Source: Octopus sinensis
Taxonomy: Eukaryota
Assembly (NCBI RefSeq): GCF_006345805.1
Contig: NC_043005.1
Coordinates: 52,638,001-52,702,000 of the forward strand
DNA length: 64,000 bases
Reading direction: 5' to 3'
The notes beneath the pieces were generated by a model. It had not been told where the DNA came from and did no database searches. It saw only the letters and a program-made list of their open reading frames with translations. Below are positions 1 through 12,215 of the stretch, piece after piece; position 1 is the stretch's first letter, and every line of letters starts with the position of its first letter. Made by a program: the position numbers and the translations under genes.

Positions 1-282
1 ATGGCAGAAATTCAAAAGAGCTCACAGGAACTGCTCATATGCTACGCAAAATACTCTCTATGTAATCCCAAGGTTTAAAACAAACTTTTTTTATTTTTAT
101 TTATTTTTTTTTTTTAATTTTATTTTTATGTATTAGACATTCACTAATACAACACCACCCCCCAATATATGGCACAACTTCCAACATGTTGTCTCTTGAG
201 GTCTCTGGGTGAGACTTGGAGCCAACTTGTACAGACATAAAGCAAAAGTCAAACATAGAATAATAATAATAATAATAATTCT

Positions 283-840
283 GTAACAATGAGATTGAAA
301 CTATTGAACACCTAATCTCAGGGTGTAGACTCTTAGCACCTGCAGAATATAAAGCAAGACATGACAGAGGCGGCTAGTATTTACACTGGACAATATGTGG
401 CATTATAAAATCAAAAAAGCAGACAAATGGTATAAACACCATCATGAAGTTGTGACTGAGGGGGAAATGTGTTGATTCTCTGGGACTTCCCCGTACATAC
501 AAAAAAAAAACTATAAAGGCTAATAAACCGGATATTATTATAAAAGATCAGACAAAAAAGGTGTGGTGTTTATTAATGAGTATTCCTTGCGATCACAATC
601 TACGGCGAAAGAATTTGACAAGATCAGTAAATATAAAGACTTGCTAATAGAAATTGAAAAAATGTGGCATCTCAAGGCATCTACGGTACCAGTGATTGTA
701 GGATCTCTAGGAATGATAAAGAAAAAAGGTACTAAAACTTATTTGAAAATGATACCAGGCTTACCATCCCTACAGGAAGCGCAAAAAAATCGTGTTAACT
801 GGAACGGCTTGTGCACTGCGAAGAGCATTATCGCTGTGAA
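283..840 (+). mobile_element. 5'-truncated R4/Dong-like non-LTR retrotransposon: CCHC and restriction-like endonuclease (RLE) region, frameshifted
   Basis: Reads ETIEHLISGC..LAPAEYKARHD (CCHC), KPDIIIKD, then KEFDKISKYKDLLIEIEKMWHLKASTVPVIVGSLG (ORF 563-883). This is the PD..D...K RLE signature of R4/R2-type LINEs. Preceded by (TAA)n. Confidence 0.85.
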
Positions 841-1005
841 AACAACACCCATTCATGAATTTATTTATTTATTCATTTATTAAATACATATTTTACCTGT
901 GAATTTGCGTGTGTAATCTGGGAATGCATACAAGCTTCTCTGCCCTAGGTGTACGGAAACACTCGGCGAGAAACGGAAAAAAAATTGAAGAAAGAAGGAA
1001 AAAAA

Positions 1006-1075
<70 letters not shown>

Positions 1076-1630
1076 GCCCTGATGCAGTACCAGGCAGTGG
1101 CTCTCATGGCTTCTGATCTTAACTGATTGGAAGTGTTATCATGTACATTGTTTTGTCTTGGTATAAAAGATGGGCTACAGCAAATATTCTGCTCAATACC
1201 ACAGATTTGCTTGTCAGTTGTTTGACCTTAACCAGTTGAGAATGTGCCTTAGTGGCTGACGATATGTGCATCTCTGATCACGAGCAGAAGTAGTGGGGGA
1301 GCATCATAGCCATGTGTTGAGAGGGATTCTTTGGGGTTTGAATAATTCACCTCTGGAAACATGGGTGGTTCTTTCAATATCCTTAAACAACCCTTATTCA
1401 GGGACCTTTTGAGCGGGATGGGCTACTCAACCCGAAGAAAATTCTAACTGGGCCCCCACCTGCAAGGTCATGTGCTGTTTATCTTGATATGAGATCACCA
1501 TGTCGTGCACATATGGTTGTGATGCATGTGCCTGGTGTACCCTTATCAGACGGGTAGTCATGATGGGTATATTGGGCTTCGTATATTTTACCCTAGTGTC
1601 ACTTTGATGGCATGCGCTGCTCTCTCACTC
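841..1630 (+). repeat. R4-like 3' UTR + (TAA)n + ~550-bp non-coding repeat + (AAT)n (composite, copy 1)
   Basis: Colinear, highly similar copy at 55812-56580, including the internal TAA array. Confidence 0.85.
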
Positions 1631-1699
1631 AATAATAATAATAATAATGATTATAATAATAACAACAGCAACAACAACAACAACAACAATGAAAAATAC

Positions 1700-1840
1700 C
1701 TTAGGAATGAGAACCCAGGTTCGAAATTTCCCCAAGACACCTGATGAAGCTGAAGGGTATATCAGCCGAAAAGTTGTATTAACAACAAACAAGATGAGTA
1801 CAAATATCCGTCAATTGTAATTGATGTAAATAATGTACAG
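1700..1840 (+). repeat. Short repeat with degenerate hammerhead-like core (Penelope-like end)
   Basis: acac-CTGATGA-a-gctga/tcagc-c-GAAA-agttgtatt at about 1737-1780. The stem III position reads AAGT rather than ACGT. Confidence 0.4.
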
Positions 1841-2903
1841 TTCAGTCATATATGCATCTGAGGCTACCTACCAACAATAAATTTATATATTTACACACAG
1901 GTAAAAATGAATTTTTTTTTTTTTACATTTAAGTAGAGATGGATGGTGGAGATGTATTAGTCTCGAACAATGGAATAAATAAGGTCCTATACTTCTACGA
2001 ATGTCAATTTGAAAATCTCCCTCAACAAAGCCAGATGCGATTTCACTTGTAATACAATGGGAATATCTGTACAACGTCAAATAACGTAGTATCTACATAC
2101 ATACCTTGGAGGAGGTGCCTGTTATTAGCCACTCTGTAATTCCCAGTATCGCAGATGAAGAGATTGAAATAAAGTAAACCAACAATGGAGACTTCATTTG
2201 GTCAAACGTCACATTGTTAGAATTTGTAGCATATTAATTCACTTTGGCATCAAATCCTTAGCCGCTTCTTCGATAGTTTGCAATATGAAGGTCATTGTCA
2301 TTTTGTATTCTCCCTAAGGCTGCGCATTCCAGTGCCAGAATAAGCAGGTTCACTAGATGAGGTTAACATATTTGCTGTTCAGTCAGATGGTTGTTAATTA
2401 GAGGAAATTTCATTCAAATGTCTTGGAATCTCAAAACTATGGTAATTATTCCATTGAAAGAGGTTATGCTGTTGATGAAGCCTGCAGTTAGGAAATGTAT
2501 CGGGATATCACACGTTAATAGAGAATGAGGACTCTGTGTTTGTGTGTGTGTGTGTAAGAGAGGAGGGAAGAGATAGGGAAGAATGAATTAAAGAGAATAG
2601 AATGGCGTGCAAAAGTACATCTTTCGCACATCAGTCGGTCACTTGACAGCCCACGTATACTTACTCATATACAGACATATACATGTATATTCACACATCT
2701 ATGTATGTATGCATATATGTATCTACGCATGCATCTATGTATGTATGCATGTAAGTATGTATGTATGACATACACGCATGTGCACGTGTTTACATTTGCA
2801 AATACCTCTTTCTATTTAAATATTTCTTAATTAGTCTTGAAATCCTTCAGGCATAAGGAACTTTTAAGTTTTGAACCTCACCGTACGCACACGCTCGAGC
2901 ACG

Positions 2904-2944
<41 letters not shown>

Positions 2945-4780
2945 ATGCACAGACACATCATAACAAAAAGAAAACATGCGCGCATGTACCTACACACACA
3001 TGTATATACACACCCAACAGGCTGTACAAACGAGAAACAAACCTACAAAATGCTGACTGAATCTGATTTAGCGGACGTTGAGCATTCACCGGACTGTTAC
3101 TCCGAGTTATTCTTCAATATATGTTCGTCCTGGTGAGAAAGAAAATTTATTATATTTGACGCTTGAATATAGATATTCAACTCTGGACGCAAAACAGGCA
3201 TGTGTATGTGTGTTGTTACTGTTGTTATTGTGTAACCTCAGACCAGTCTTGCTGGAACGGTCGTACAGCATTCAGGCAGTTGTAGTGTGTGTGCATGAGA
3301 ATACATGAGTATGCATGCGCATGCACACAGTTTCGGTCATTTGGTCTTGCTGTTCTTATTAAACAAGTGTTGATTATACATACTAGCAGTACCGGTGGTA
3401 ATTTGCACAAGGTTATCAGAAGTTTATACACAATCATAAAATACGTTTTTTTCTTCTGCAATCCTATTTTTGTCTGAAGCATTTAATACCTTCGATTGTG
3501 AAAACATTCAGTAGTACAAAAGTTGCAATCAGAGAAGAATACAGATTTGAAAAATATATTTTGATTAAATAATGTTCTACGCATTTATATCTGACATGTG
3601 TGTGTACACTCATGTGAGGTGTTGCTGTCGCTGCAGTAAATGTCAGAGACGTAAACACCCCACTGTTCCGAAACAATGTGTATGAAAACACGCCGAAATA
3701 GGCTACAAAAATATCTGCCCTTCAGTCATCGAGCTGTAGGGCAGGTGTTTCTCTGCTTCGTTATTCTTCATCAGTAACAAACGCTGAATCTCTTGTCCTT
3801 ATCCTACGAAGAACCGCTGTGCTTATTATGTAAATAACAAACAATAAATTTGCTGACGTGTGCGAAGTCTTGGTAAGCTGAAATTAATTAACTTCACCGT
3901 AAGCGCCGTCGATTAAAATAAAGTTGTGTACATTTATGTGTAACTCACATTGACAACTGTCGCTTCTGAAAAATTTGTCATCGCAGTTCATTTGAGTGTA
4001 CAAGAAAATGTTAGATAATTATGCTAGATACCAAATACATTTTTATAAAACAAATTTGAATAATTAATAATAATAAAGGGAGGTTAACATACATACATAC
4101 ATACATACATACATACATACATACATACATACATACATACATACATACATACATACATACATACATACACACATACATACATACATAATTGTGTACAAAA
4201 GCAGTTTGATTCCTATCAGCTGCCCATAAGATGTGAACATAGTCAAACTGAAGAGAAATCTGCACTAATCCAATACGGATTATAATTTTAGATTTCTGCC
4301 AATAATTATAGGAGCTTCGAGTATTAAGCTCAGTAAGCTAGGTTTCACCGAATCAGGGAGAACACACTTAATCAGAAGATTCCAGCTATAAGCTGTGAAA
4401 GGTACTGTTAAAATATGTAGAACATTCACAATAGTTAGCATGTGATAAACTCCACATATGCGTAACCCATCTTGTCTATACCCATGTATGCCCATGCGTA
4501 TACATATGTTTACACATATGTATACGCATGCAAGCGTGGTGTTTTATGAAACGATGAAAATAAAATCGATCTCGGCAGAATTTAAGCTCAGAACGGAAGG
4601 CCAAAAATCGTATATGCATATACATACATACCAACATTTATATACACATGCTTAGATGTACGAACACAACATGTTGATTTAGTTCAAATGCAATAGTGTT
4701 GTTTATAGGCTAGGAATCGGAACTTTTCTTCATTGATGAAGAATTTGAGACAAAAAATAACAGCAAGACAACATATATAC

Positions 4781-5183
4781 GCAGGAGTGGCTGTGTGGTA
4801 AGTAGCTTGTTTACCAACAACATGGTTCCGGGTTCAGTCCCACTGCGTGGCACCTTGGGCAAGTGTCTTCTACTATAGCCTCGGGCCGACCAAAGCCTTG
4901 TGAGTGGATTTGGTAGACGGAAACTGAAAGAAGCCCGTTGTAGATATGTATATATATATATATGCGTGTGTGTTTGTGTGTCTGTGTTTGTCCCCCTCGC
5001 ATTGCTTGACAACCGATGCTGGTGTGTTTACGTCCCCGTTACTTAGCGGTTTGGCAAAAGAGACCGATAGAATAAGTAATGGGCTTACAAAAGAATAAGT
5101 CCTGGGGTCGAGTTGCTTATTAAAGGCGGTGCTCCAGCATGGCCGCAGTCAAATGACTGAAACAAGTAAAAGAGTAAAGAGTA
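4781..5183 (+). mobile_element. tRNA-derived SINE family A, near full length, with internal (TA)n(TG)n
   Basis: A-box-like tggctgtgtggtaag, B-box-like ggttcagtccc, tail ...gcagtcaaatgactgaaacaagtaaaagag. Many homologous copies in the window. Confidence 0.85.
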
Positions 5184-5253
5184 AGCGTATATATACGCAT
5201 GCATGCATACACACACATACATACATACATACATACATGTATACATACATAGA

Positions 5254-5290
<37 letters not shown>

Positions 5291-5293
5291 ATA

Positions 5294-5326
<33 letters not shown>

Positions 5327-5334
5327 CAAGCACA

Positions 5335-5500
5335 GGCACGAATGTGTAGTAAGAACTTTGCTTCCCAACAACATAGTTCCGGGTTCAGTTCCCCTTCGTG
5401 GTATCTTGGGCAAGTGCATTCTACTCTAGTCCTGGGCCGACCTAAGCTTTGTGAGTGGATCTGGTAGATGGATGCACAAAGAAGCACGTCGTATATATAT
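5335..5500 (+). mobile_element. SINE family A, 5' half ending at the internal (TA)n
   Basis: Aligns to 4781-4940 and stops at aagcacgtcg(ta)n. Confidence 0.75.
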
Positions 5501-5697
5501 ATATATATATATATATTTCAAATCAGAGAGCTGTACAGGAGTAGGAGCACTTTCCAACGTTATTAAAGCCTGAACGATATATAAAAAAAATAATTCAAAT
5601 ATTAAAATAGAAAGATTATTGTTCCTAAGTCTCTCAATGAGAAATATTCAGTAGGCGTAGGAGAAAGTGTGTGGTAAGTAGCTTGCTAACACACATG

Positions 5698-7928
5698 CGC
5701 AGTTAGTCAGTTGCTTCTGTTCAGCCAGAGTGGACGCGAGTCAACCAGCTCCGTCCAATTAAAGAAAAAAAGACCAAAAACGGAAAGTTGTCGAGGTAAG
5801 TGATTTTGTTTATTGTGAGTTAGGCATAATTTATTGCGTGCCAATTATTATTTCAGTAAGTTGTGTCCAACTCTGAGACAATTTCGCCTGCTCTCGGCGG
5901 CTGCCGTTTTTGTGTTCATTGAAAAAAAAAAGAAAAAACAGTGGAGGGGCGTATCCTCGGAATTCAATACAGTTACTGTTAAAATTACCGTTGGCGGTAG
6001 CCAGTGCTGTGTTTGGGTTTGTTGAATTATTCCCTTGTCAGAGTACTTCGCAAGAAAATTATAAAACAAGCCACTATTGGATTACCTTTCGGACCCATTT
6101 TTGTGGAGGTTGTGTTGCAGTTGCGGCGTTCCAGGTTCAACCCAGGCCGGGAGTACCGCAAGGCCAGAATATTTTGCTGTGTTTTTTTCTGTTTATTAAC
6201 TTTCTTTTGAACTTCATTTTACCCCCCCCCCCTTTTGTTTTTTTCTTTATTGCGACTTTCCGTTGATTTCTTCCCTTCTGTTGTGCTTTCTCCTTTTGTT
6301 TTTTCAAAAATCTATCAAATTTTATTTGAACTTTTGAACTTTTTTCTTCTTGCTTTTTGAGTTTAATTTGAATATATTTAAAAAAAACATGGCAATGAAA
6401 AATAACAAAATTTTGGAGTGGGAAATCATACCACCTAAAAGGTGGTTAAAAGACCGTGAAGATAGGACGGTGGTGTTGAGAACCTACTCCAGGCACTCGA
6501 CACCATCGCTCTATTCGAAAAGACGGCAATTGAAAAGGAGTTGGAAGAGTATTGCCAACAATTAAATTCATTTCCAGGGGTGTCAAATATGCAACGGTGT
6601 GGTTGCTATTTGACACCCCTGAAGAGGCTTGCAAATTTGCAAACCCCTGGAGGGTAAGGAAATCTTTCCTGCCCACGTACAAAAAAAAGAAATTGATGAA
6701 AGCTTGGATTTGCGGACTGCCACCCGACATAGAACCCGAGTGGATAGAGGAGACTATCCGCCGGGGTCTGGGTGAGCAGCGAAACTAAGCTCCTTAATGT
6801 AAAAGTTCTTCCTGCGGCTGCTTGGGTTGGGTCAAAAGCAATTTTGACCCTGTGGACCCAATCAGCCAATCTGGTTCTTCCAGATTTTTTGAAAATGGCC
6901 GGGTGCAGGTACCCGGTGATGCTTGAGGGTCGTCCCCCTAAGTGTCATCGGTGCTTGGAGTCCGGCCACATAAAGAAGAACTGTCCCGGGAACAAAATAG
7001 GATCCCGGAACAGTTAAGTAAAACCCCTCTAGAAGAGGGAATGATAACGGCCGAGAAAGCAGAGGACTCCTCAAACAGAGGCCGAAGAGAAGGTGAGCAA
7101 CAATGGGTGCTCGCCAAAGGATAATAGGGATGAGGAGAGGAAGGCGAATCTTCCTGCCACGGAGGAGACGCACCCTCCCTCAGTTGAAAAGGGGGAAAAA
7201 AAGGAAAAAGAGGAAGAAAACGGGACATTGTCGGCTGTCAGTGACATAGCACCGGAATGTCCCGGAACTACGTCGGTTGGGATTGTGCCACCGACAAGAG
7301 AAGGAATACAGTTGGCGGGAACTGTGCCGCCAACGAAAGAACTATTGGTCCCCTTCTATAGAGGAGGTGAAATTGAAAAGGTGATGGAAGAGCACCACAA
7401 GGGAGCACCTTTAGCCTTCACACAGGACCCCGAATGGCCTCCGCAGGTAGCTGTGGAGGCCGTGGCGTTCGACGTGACGCTTGGGCTAAAGGAGCTCAAT
7501 GAAGATTATAACTTGGTCCCGGGCGACGCAAACTCGGAACTTGATTACGTTCTGAGGGAGGTGGTTGATGGTGGAGGGCGCGGGCACAAGCTATTTCGAG
7601 GACGATATGTAATTATTGAACTGTTATTATTAGTGATGGACTGCTAAGTCCAAAAATTGAAAAATTGTAAGAGGTTAATACCTCGTTTTGTAATAATGGA
7701 CTGCTAAGTCCAAAAATTGGAAAAATTGTAAGAGGTTTAATACCTCGTTTTGTGTTTATCTTTAAAAAGAACAATGTTTTAGAGAAGCGAAAGTCGGCGG
7801 GCGCTTTTTGTCTTCTCCCATCCTTATCATCTTTCTTTCATTATCATTCACTTCATTAATGTCCTCGTCCAGCCCGCAAAGCTAACTTAATCTGTGTACT
7901 GCCTTTATGGCAAATGTTTTGAAATAAA
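5698..7928 (+). mobile_element. ORF1-only (gag-like) non-LTR retroelement, HAL1-like or ORF2-deleted L1/Tx1 derivative
   Basis: 5' end cgcagttagtcagttgcttctg, about 690-nt 5' UTR, frameshifted ORF1 with C-x2-C-x4-H-x4-C, no EN or RT, 3' end ...tttatggcaaatgttttgaaataaa. Flanked by an imperfect duplication of aagtagcttgct(t)a..cacatg (5676-5697 and 7927-7951). Confidence 0.7.
6389..7647 (+). pseudogene. Frameshifted gag-like ORF1 (RRM-like region, CCHC zinc knuckle, low-complexity charged linker, acidic C-terminus)
   Basis: Overlapping ORFs 6350-6565, 6552-6788, 6772-7017, 6942-7124 and 7093-7647 join into one reading. Contains WLLFDTPEEA, AWICGLPPDIEPEWIEE and GRPPKCHRCLESGHIKKNCP (6943-6984). 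Confidence 0.75.
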
Positions 7929-8310
7929 GTAGCTTGCTTACCAACCACATGGTTTTGGGTTCAGTCTCACTGAGTGGAAACTTGGGCAAGCGTCTTCTAC
8001 TATAGCCTCGGGCTGACCAAAGCCTTGTGAGTGGATTTGGTAGATTTGAAAGAAGCACGTCGTATATATGTATATGTATATATGTATGCATGTGTGTGTA
8101 TATGTTTGTCCCCCAACATCGCTTGACAACCGATGCTGGTGTGTTTACGCCGGCGTAAATTAGCGGTTCGGCAAAAGAGAACGACAGAATAAGTACTAGG
8201 CCTACAAAGAATAAGTCCTGGGGTCGATTTGCTCAACTAAAGGCGGTGCTCCAGCATGGCCACAGTCAAATGACTGAAACGAGTAAAAGAGTAAAAAGAG
8301 TGAAAGAGTA
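7927..8310 (+). mobile_element. SINE family A (its 5' head lies at about 5655-5697, upstream of the ORF1-only insertion)
   Basis: Aligns to 4800-5183 from agtagcttgc onward. Confidence 0.8.
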
Positions 8311-8858
8311 GCAGCACTTTAAAGTAACAATTTAGCACCTCCCACCCAGGACGTGCTGGCAGGGGGTGCTAACCTCCCCTGTACGAAAATATAAGGACAC
8401 AGATCACGTGTCGTAAAGTCATCTGGAGACGATGTCTCCTAGGGCTAAACAACAGTAGCATTTTCCTTAAAATGGGACTGCCTCATTAGGTTGGCAAAAA
8501 CATTTAAATATTGCTATTTAAATTTATTATGCATGCCTAATATATTGCGTGGGGAAATGAACCTATCGCCATGCTTCTTACTGTTTCCACGTTCGTTGTT
8601 CATTGTTTGACTAACGTTCATTTCATTTCGTCTCCCCATTCAGTTTTCATTCCTTTAATGTTTGTTGTATAACCGTTATTTGAACCTGAGATTATGACTA
8701 TATAAAAAGCACATACACACGTACACACAAACACAGTCACAGACACATACACGCACACGCACACACGCACACTCATGCACATACAAGCACAAATTCATGT
8801 ATGTGCATGCACATGTGGGGATGCGTGTGTATATGCATGTGTGTGTGTGTGTAGATAA

Positions 8859-8911
<53 letters not shown>

Positions 8912-9772
8912 TATGCGTGTTTGTGGAGAGAGAAATATGCGTATGCGTGCGTGCCCATGTATTTTCAGAATATGTATCAAATTTCTGTGTACGTTAGTCG
9001 ATATATTTACACACACACACACACACACACATACGCGCGCACACACACACGCACACATACGCTCGCGCATACACCACAAACAACACATGCTCAAAGCATA
9101 TAATACATATTAATGGATAGATATGTTACAGTCGTTAGACGTATACCTCAAGTTATATATTCCAAAAATATCGCACAAATCCACCAACACATACGCACAC
9201 GCACACACACACATACATACACACACAAGCACTTCCCAACTCATGAGTTTATATATACATACATACATACACACATAAAGCCACATATATCTATATATGT
9301 GTATTAGTGTGCATGCTGGTATGTATACATATATGGTGAGTATAGAAGTACCTGTATTTTCATTTCTTCTTCTCATCAGTAAAATCTCTGAAATGCAAAA
9401 AAAAAAAATAATAATAAATAAATGAAAAAAAAAACAAGTGGAATTATTTAAAGATTTCAATATATATTATAGATTCTACCATTTTCCGTTTGATCTCCCT
9501 GATGTCATATCCAGCATTATTATTTGTTTTTCGCAATAGCTAACATTCGAATGCAATCCCTTGTCGAAAGAGACCGTTATTAGTTAGAATGACATTTTGA
9601 GAATTCTGAAGAGACACTGAGATAAAGGTTTCCAATGTCTACAGACATGTCAAAAAATCTTTTCGTTCCAATGGGGAAAACTAAATAAAACTTCAAGGAG
9701 TGAGTAATATATGTGTATTCGTGGGAGTATGTATTTGGTAAGAGGCGTGGTAGTCGTGCTTATTTCAAATAA

Positions 9773-9820
<48 letters not shown>

Positions 9821-10199
9821 ATATCAATCATATATAAATTTGTATATATATATATATATATATAATATATATATATCTACATATATATGTATATATATAT
9901 ATATACATATATATATGTATATTATATATATATAATATATATATATATATACCTATATACAGATATTATTTGTATATATATTTTTACATACATATGTATA
10001 TGTATATATAGATATACATATGTAGTAAAAATATATATACAAATACAATATCTGTATATAGGTATATATATATATACCTACATATATATATGCATAAATG
10101 TATGTACTTAGCTATGAATGTGTGTGTGTGTATATAAATATGTATGTAAGTATGTATGTATGTGCATATACGTATGCATGCTGGTATGCATGTATAGAA

Positions 10200-10230
<31 letters not shown>

Positions 10231-10284
10231 CGTATATTTATAAATATATGTACACTCATATATGCATATACACACGCACAAGCT

Positions 10285-10321
<37 letters not shown>

Positions 10322-10606
10322 GGAGACAGTGCGCATATGTGCAAGTACCAGCGAGAAAGAGAGAGAGAAATAGATAAGGAAACAACGCAAATGGGAAAGA
10401 AAATAGAATAATTCATAAAAGACGAAGTCAAAAGAAATATGAAGAATTTTTGATTACCCGATTGGTGCATTGTTGGTGTATGTAGAGATCCGGAGTTGTC
10501 AAAGACACTGATAAAAAATATTGATAAATATATTTTAAAACAAAAGAAAACCACAACGATAATAATAATAAGAATAACAACAACAATAATAGCAATAAAA
10601 ATAATA

Positions 10607-10640
<34 letters not shown>

Positions 10641-10974
10641 CGTCACCCAAACGTCGTAGTATTCTTGTAATGAAACATGACAAAAACAACTGTGCTTTTC
10701 GTTTCTTTTTCCGTCATGATTCTTAATATCATAAATTTATCGAAATCCCATATTTTTTTGTCTTTCTTTCTCGCTTTATATATAAACATAGACAGAATTC
10801 TTTGTAATTTATTCAAACTTTACGATTTTGTCTTTGCAGTAAATGGAATTTTCATCCCAGAAGGAAACGAATTTTATTGGGAATTATTTTACCTTTGTTT
10901 CATTATATTTTAGTTGTATGAAAAATAAAATTCTGTTAAATAATTTCAACTACACACGCATATATAGCCACTAC

Positions 10975-11150
10975 ACACATTTTTTCTCTCCTTGTTTCTC
11001 TCGTTTTCTGTGTCCCTTTCTGTAGAAGAGCGTAGGCTCGAAACGTAAAAGACTTTTTCAATTCCTGAGCGTTATACTAATACGTCTGTTTGTTTTGTAC
11101 ACCAACTGTCTTCGTCTTTTGTTGTTGTTTTTTTTTCGTAAACTCTCCCT
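10975..11150 (+). repeat. Short pyrimidine-rich repeat carrying a minimal hammerhead-like motif (11016-11051), ending at (TA)n
   Basis: cttt-CTGTAGA-a-GAGC gtag GCTC-GAAAC-GTA-aaag. The A6 position is U. Same layout as 58618-58652. Confidence 0.5.
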
Positions 11151-11884
11151 ATATATATATGTTTACACTGTACGTCCACACTGTTGCTGTTTGATCGTTC
11201 GAGGCCCTAACTCTCCATAAATTTTATATCTTAAAAATTTCAGGATGCTGCTGTCTTATTAAGTTTTCCTATCTTGTCGTTAACAGCTTGAAATAGGGAA
11301 TAACAAACAGTCAACAACTGAGAAGGAGTTAAACTTCTTTCGGTATTTTATTCCGCACATTTCTCTCGTTATATGTTTACGTATTTTTCACTCGTTTTTG
11401 ATGTCCTGTTCTTATTGTGTATTTTTTAGTATTTTGTCCTGTACATATCTCTCGTGTGTCTACGTGCTTTTCGCTCGTTGGCGATGTCCTACACTCAAAG
11501 TATATATCTATATATATGCCTTATTTTGAGATTGCTAGTGTTAACAATACCCGTAAATAAAATACAGACTTGAGTTGTAGTGCTCCAAATGAGCTATATT
11601 CCACTGAATAATCTCAATGCAAGCGTAACCTACTTAATTATAGGAACTTAATTAATTATAGGAACATAATTAATAACCACACTCAAAATCAAATATATAG
11701 ATATATTCTTCTACATTTATAAAACGGATATAAAAATTCCAAATATATAAATATAAAGATACATATAAATAGATAAATATCGATGTGAATTTTAGATTTA
11801 AAAGTTACAATACATTAGTGAAATAAAAATTTGAGATAAAATATTAAAAGAACGTACCACGAAAATAATACAAAAAATGTTTTA

Positions 11885-11970
11885 AATCTATCTACGGCCG
11901 TTTCAGAGACGTGCCAAGCAACATGATATATTTCATATTTATGAAACTGACACTCCTCTCATCAGGATGT
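11885..11970 (-). ncRNA. Candidate minimal type-I hammerhead ribozyme
   Basis: Minus strand: atc-CTGATGA-gagg.gtgtca...tggcac.tctc-t-GAAAC-GGCC-GTA-gat. Confidence 0.55.
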
Positions 11971-12215
11971 TTTCCAACAATACAGAAAAAACAAATACAG
12001 AAATACAATTATACAATTATGTTCCTATAGTTTCCGCTTGCATTGCCTCCATTAAGATTATTAAGCGTTATATAAATAGTATATATATATATATATTATA
12101 ATTATTAGAGAATATTACTTCCGAGTACACAGGAAAAAGACATTCAAATTAGATGTACTAAAATGAACATCTCTCAATGTTTAATTCGTATATATAAAAG
12201 CACTTTTATATACAA

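Noticed and set aside
1073-1140. HDV-like ribozyme at the start of the 550-bp module
   Set aside because: I could not assemble the P1/P2/P3 nested pseudoknot by eye.
1930-2500. Possible host exons (MDGGDVLVSNNG...; HSNVLESQNYGNYSIERGYAVDEACS)
   Set aside because: Short frames with stops, no paired splice sites and no recognisable family.
3745-3780. Minus-strand CTGATGAAG...GAAACACC
   Set aside because: No stem II pairing and no GUH.
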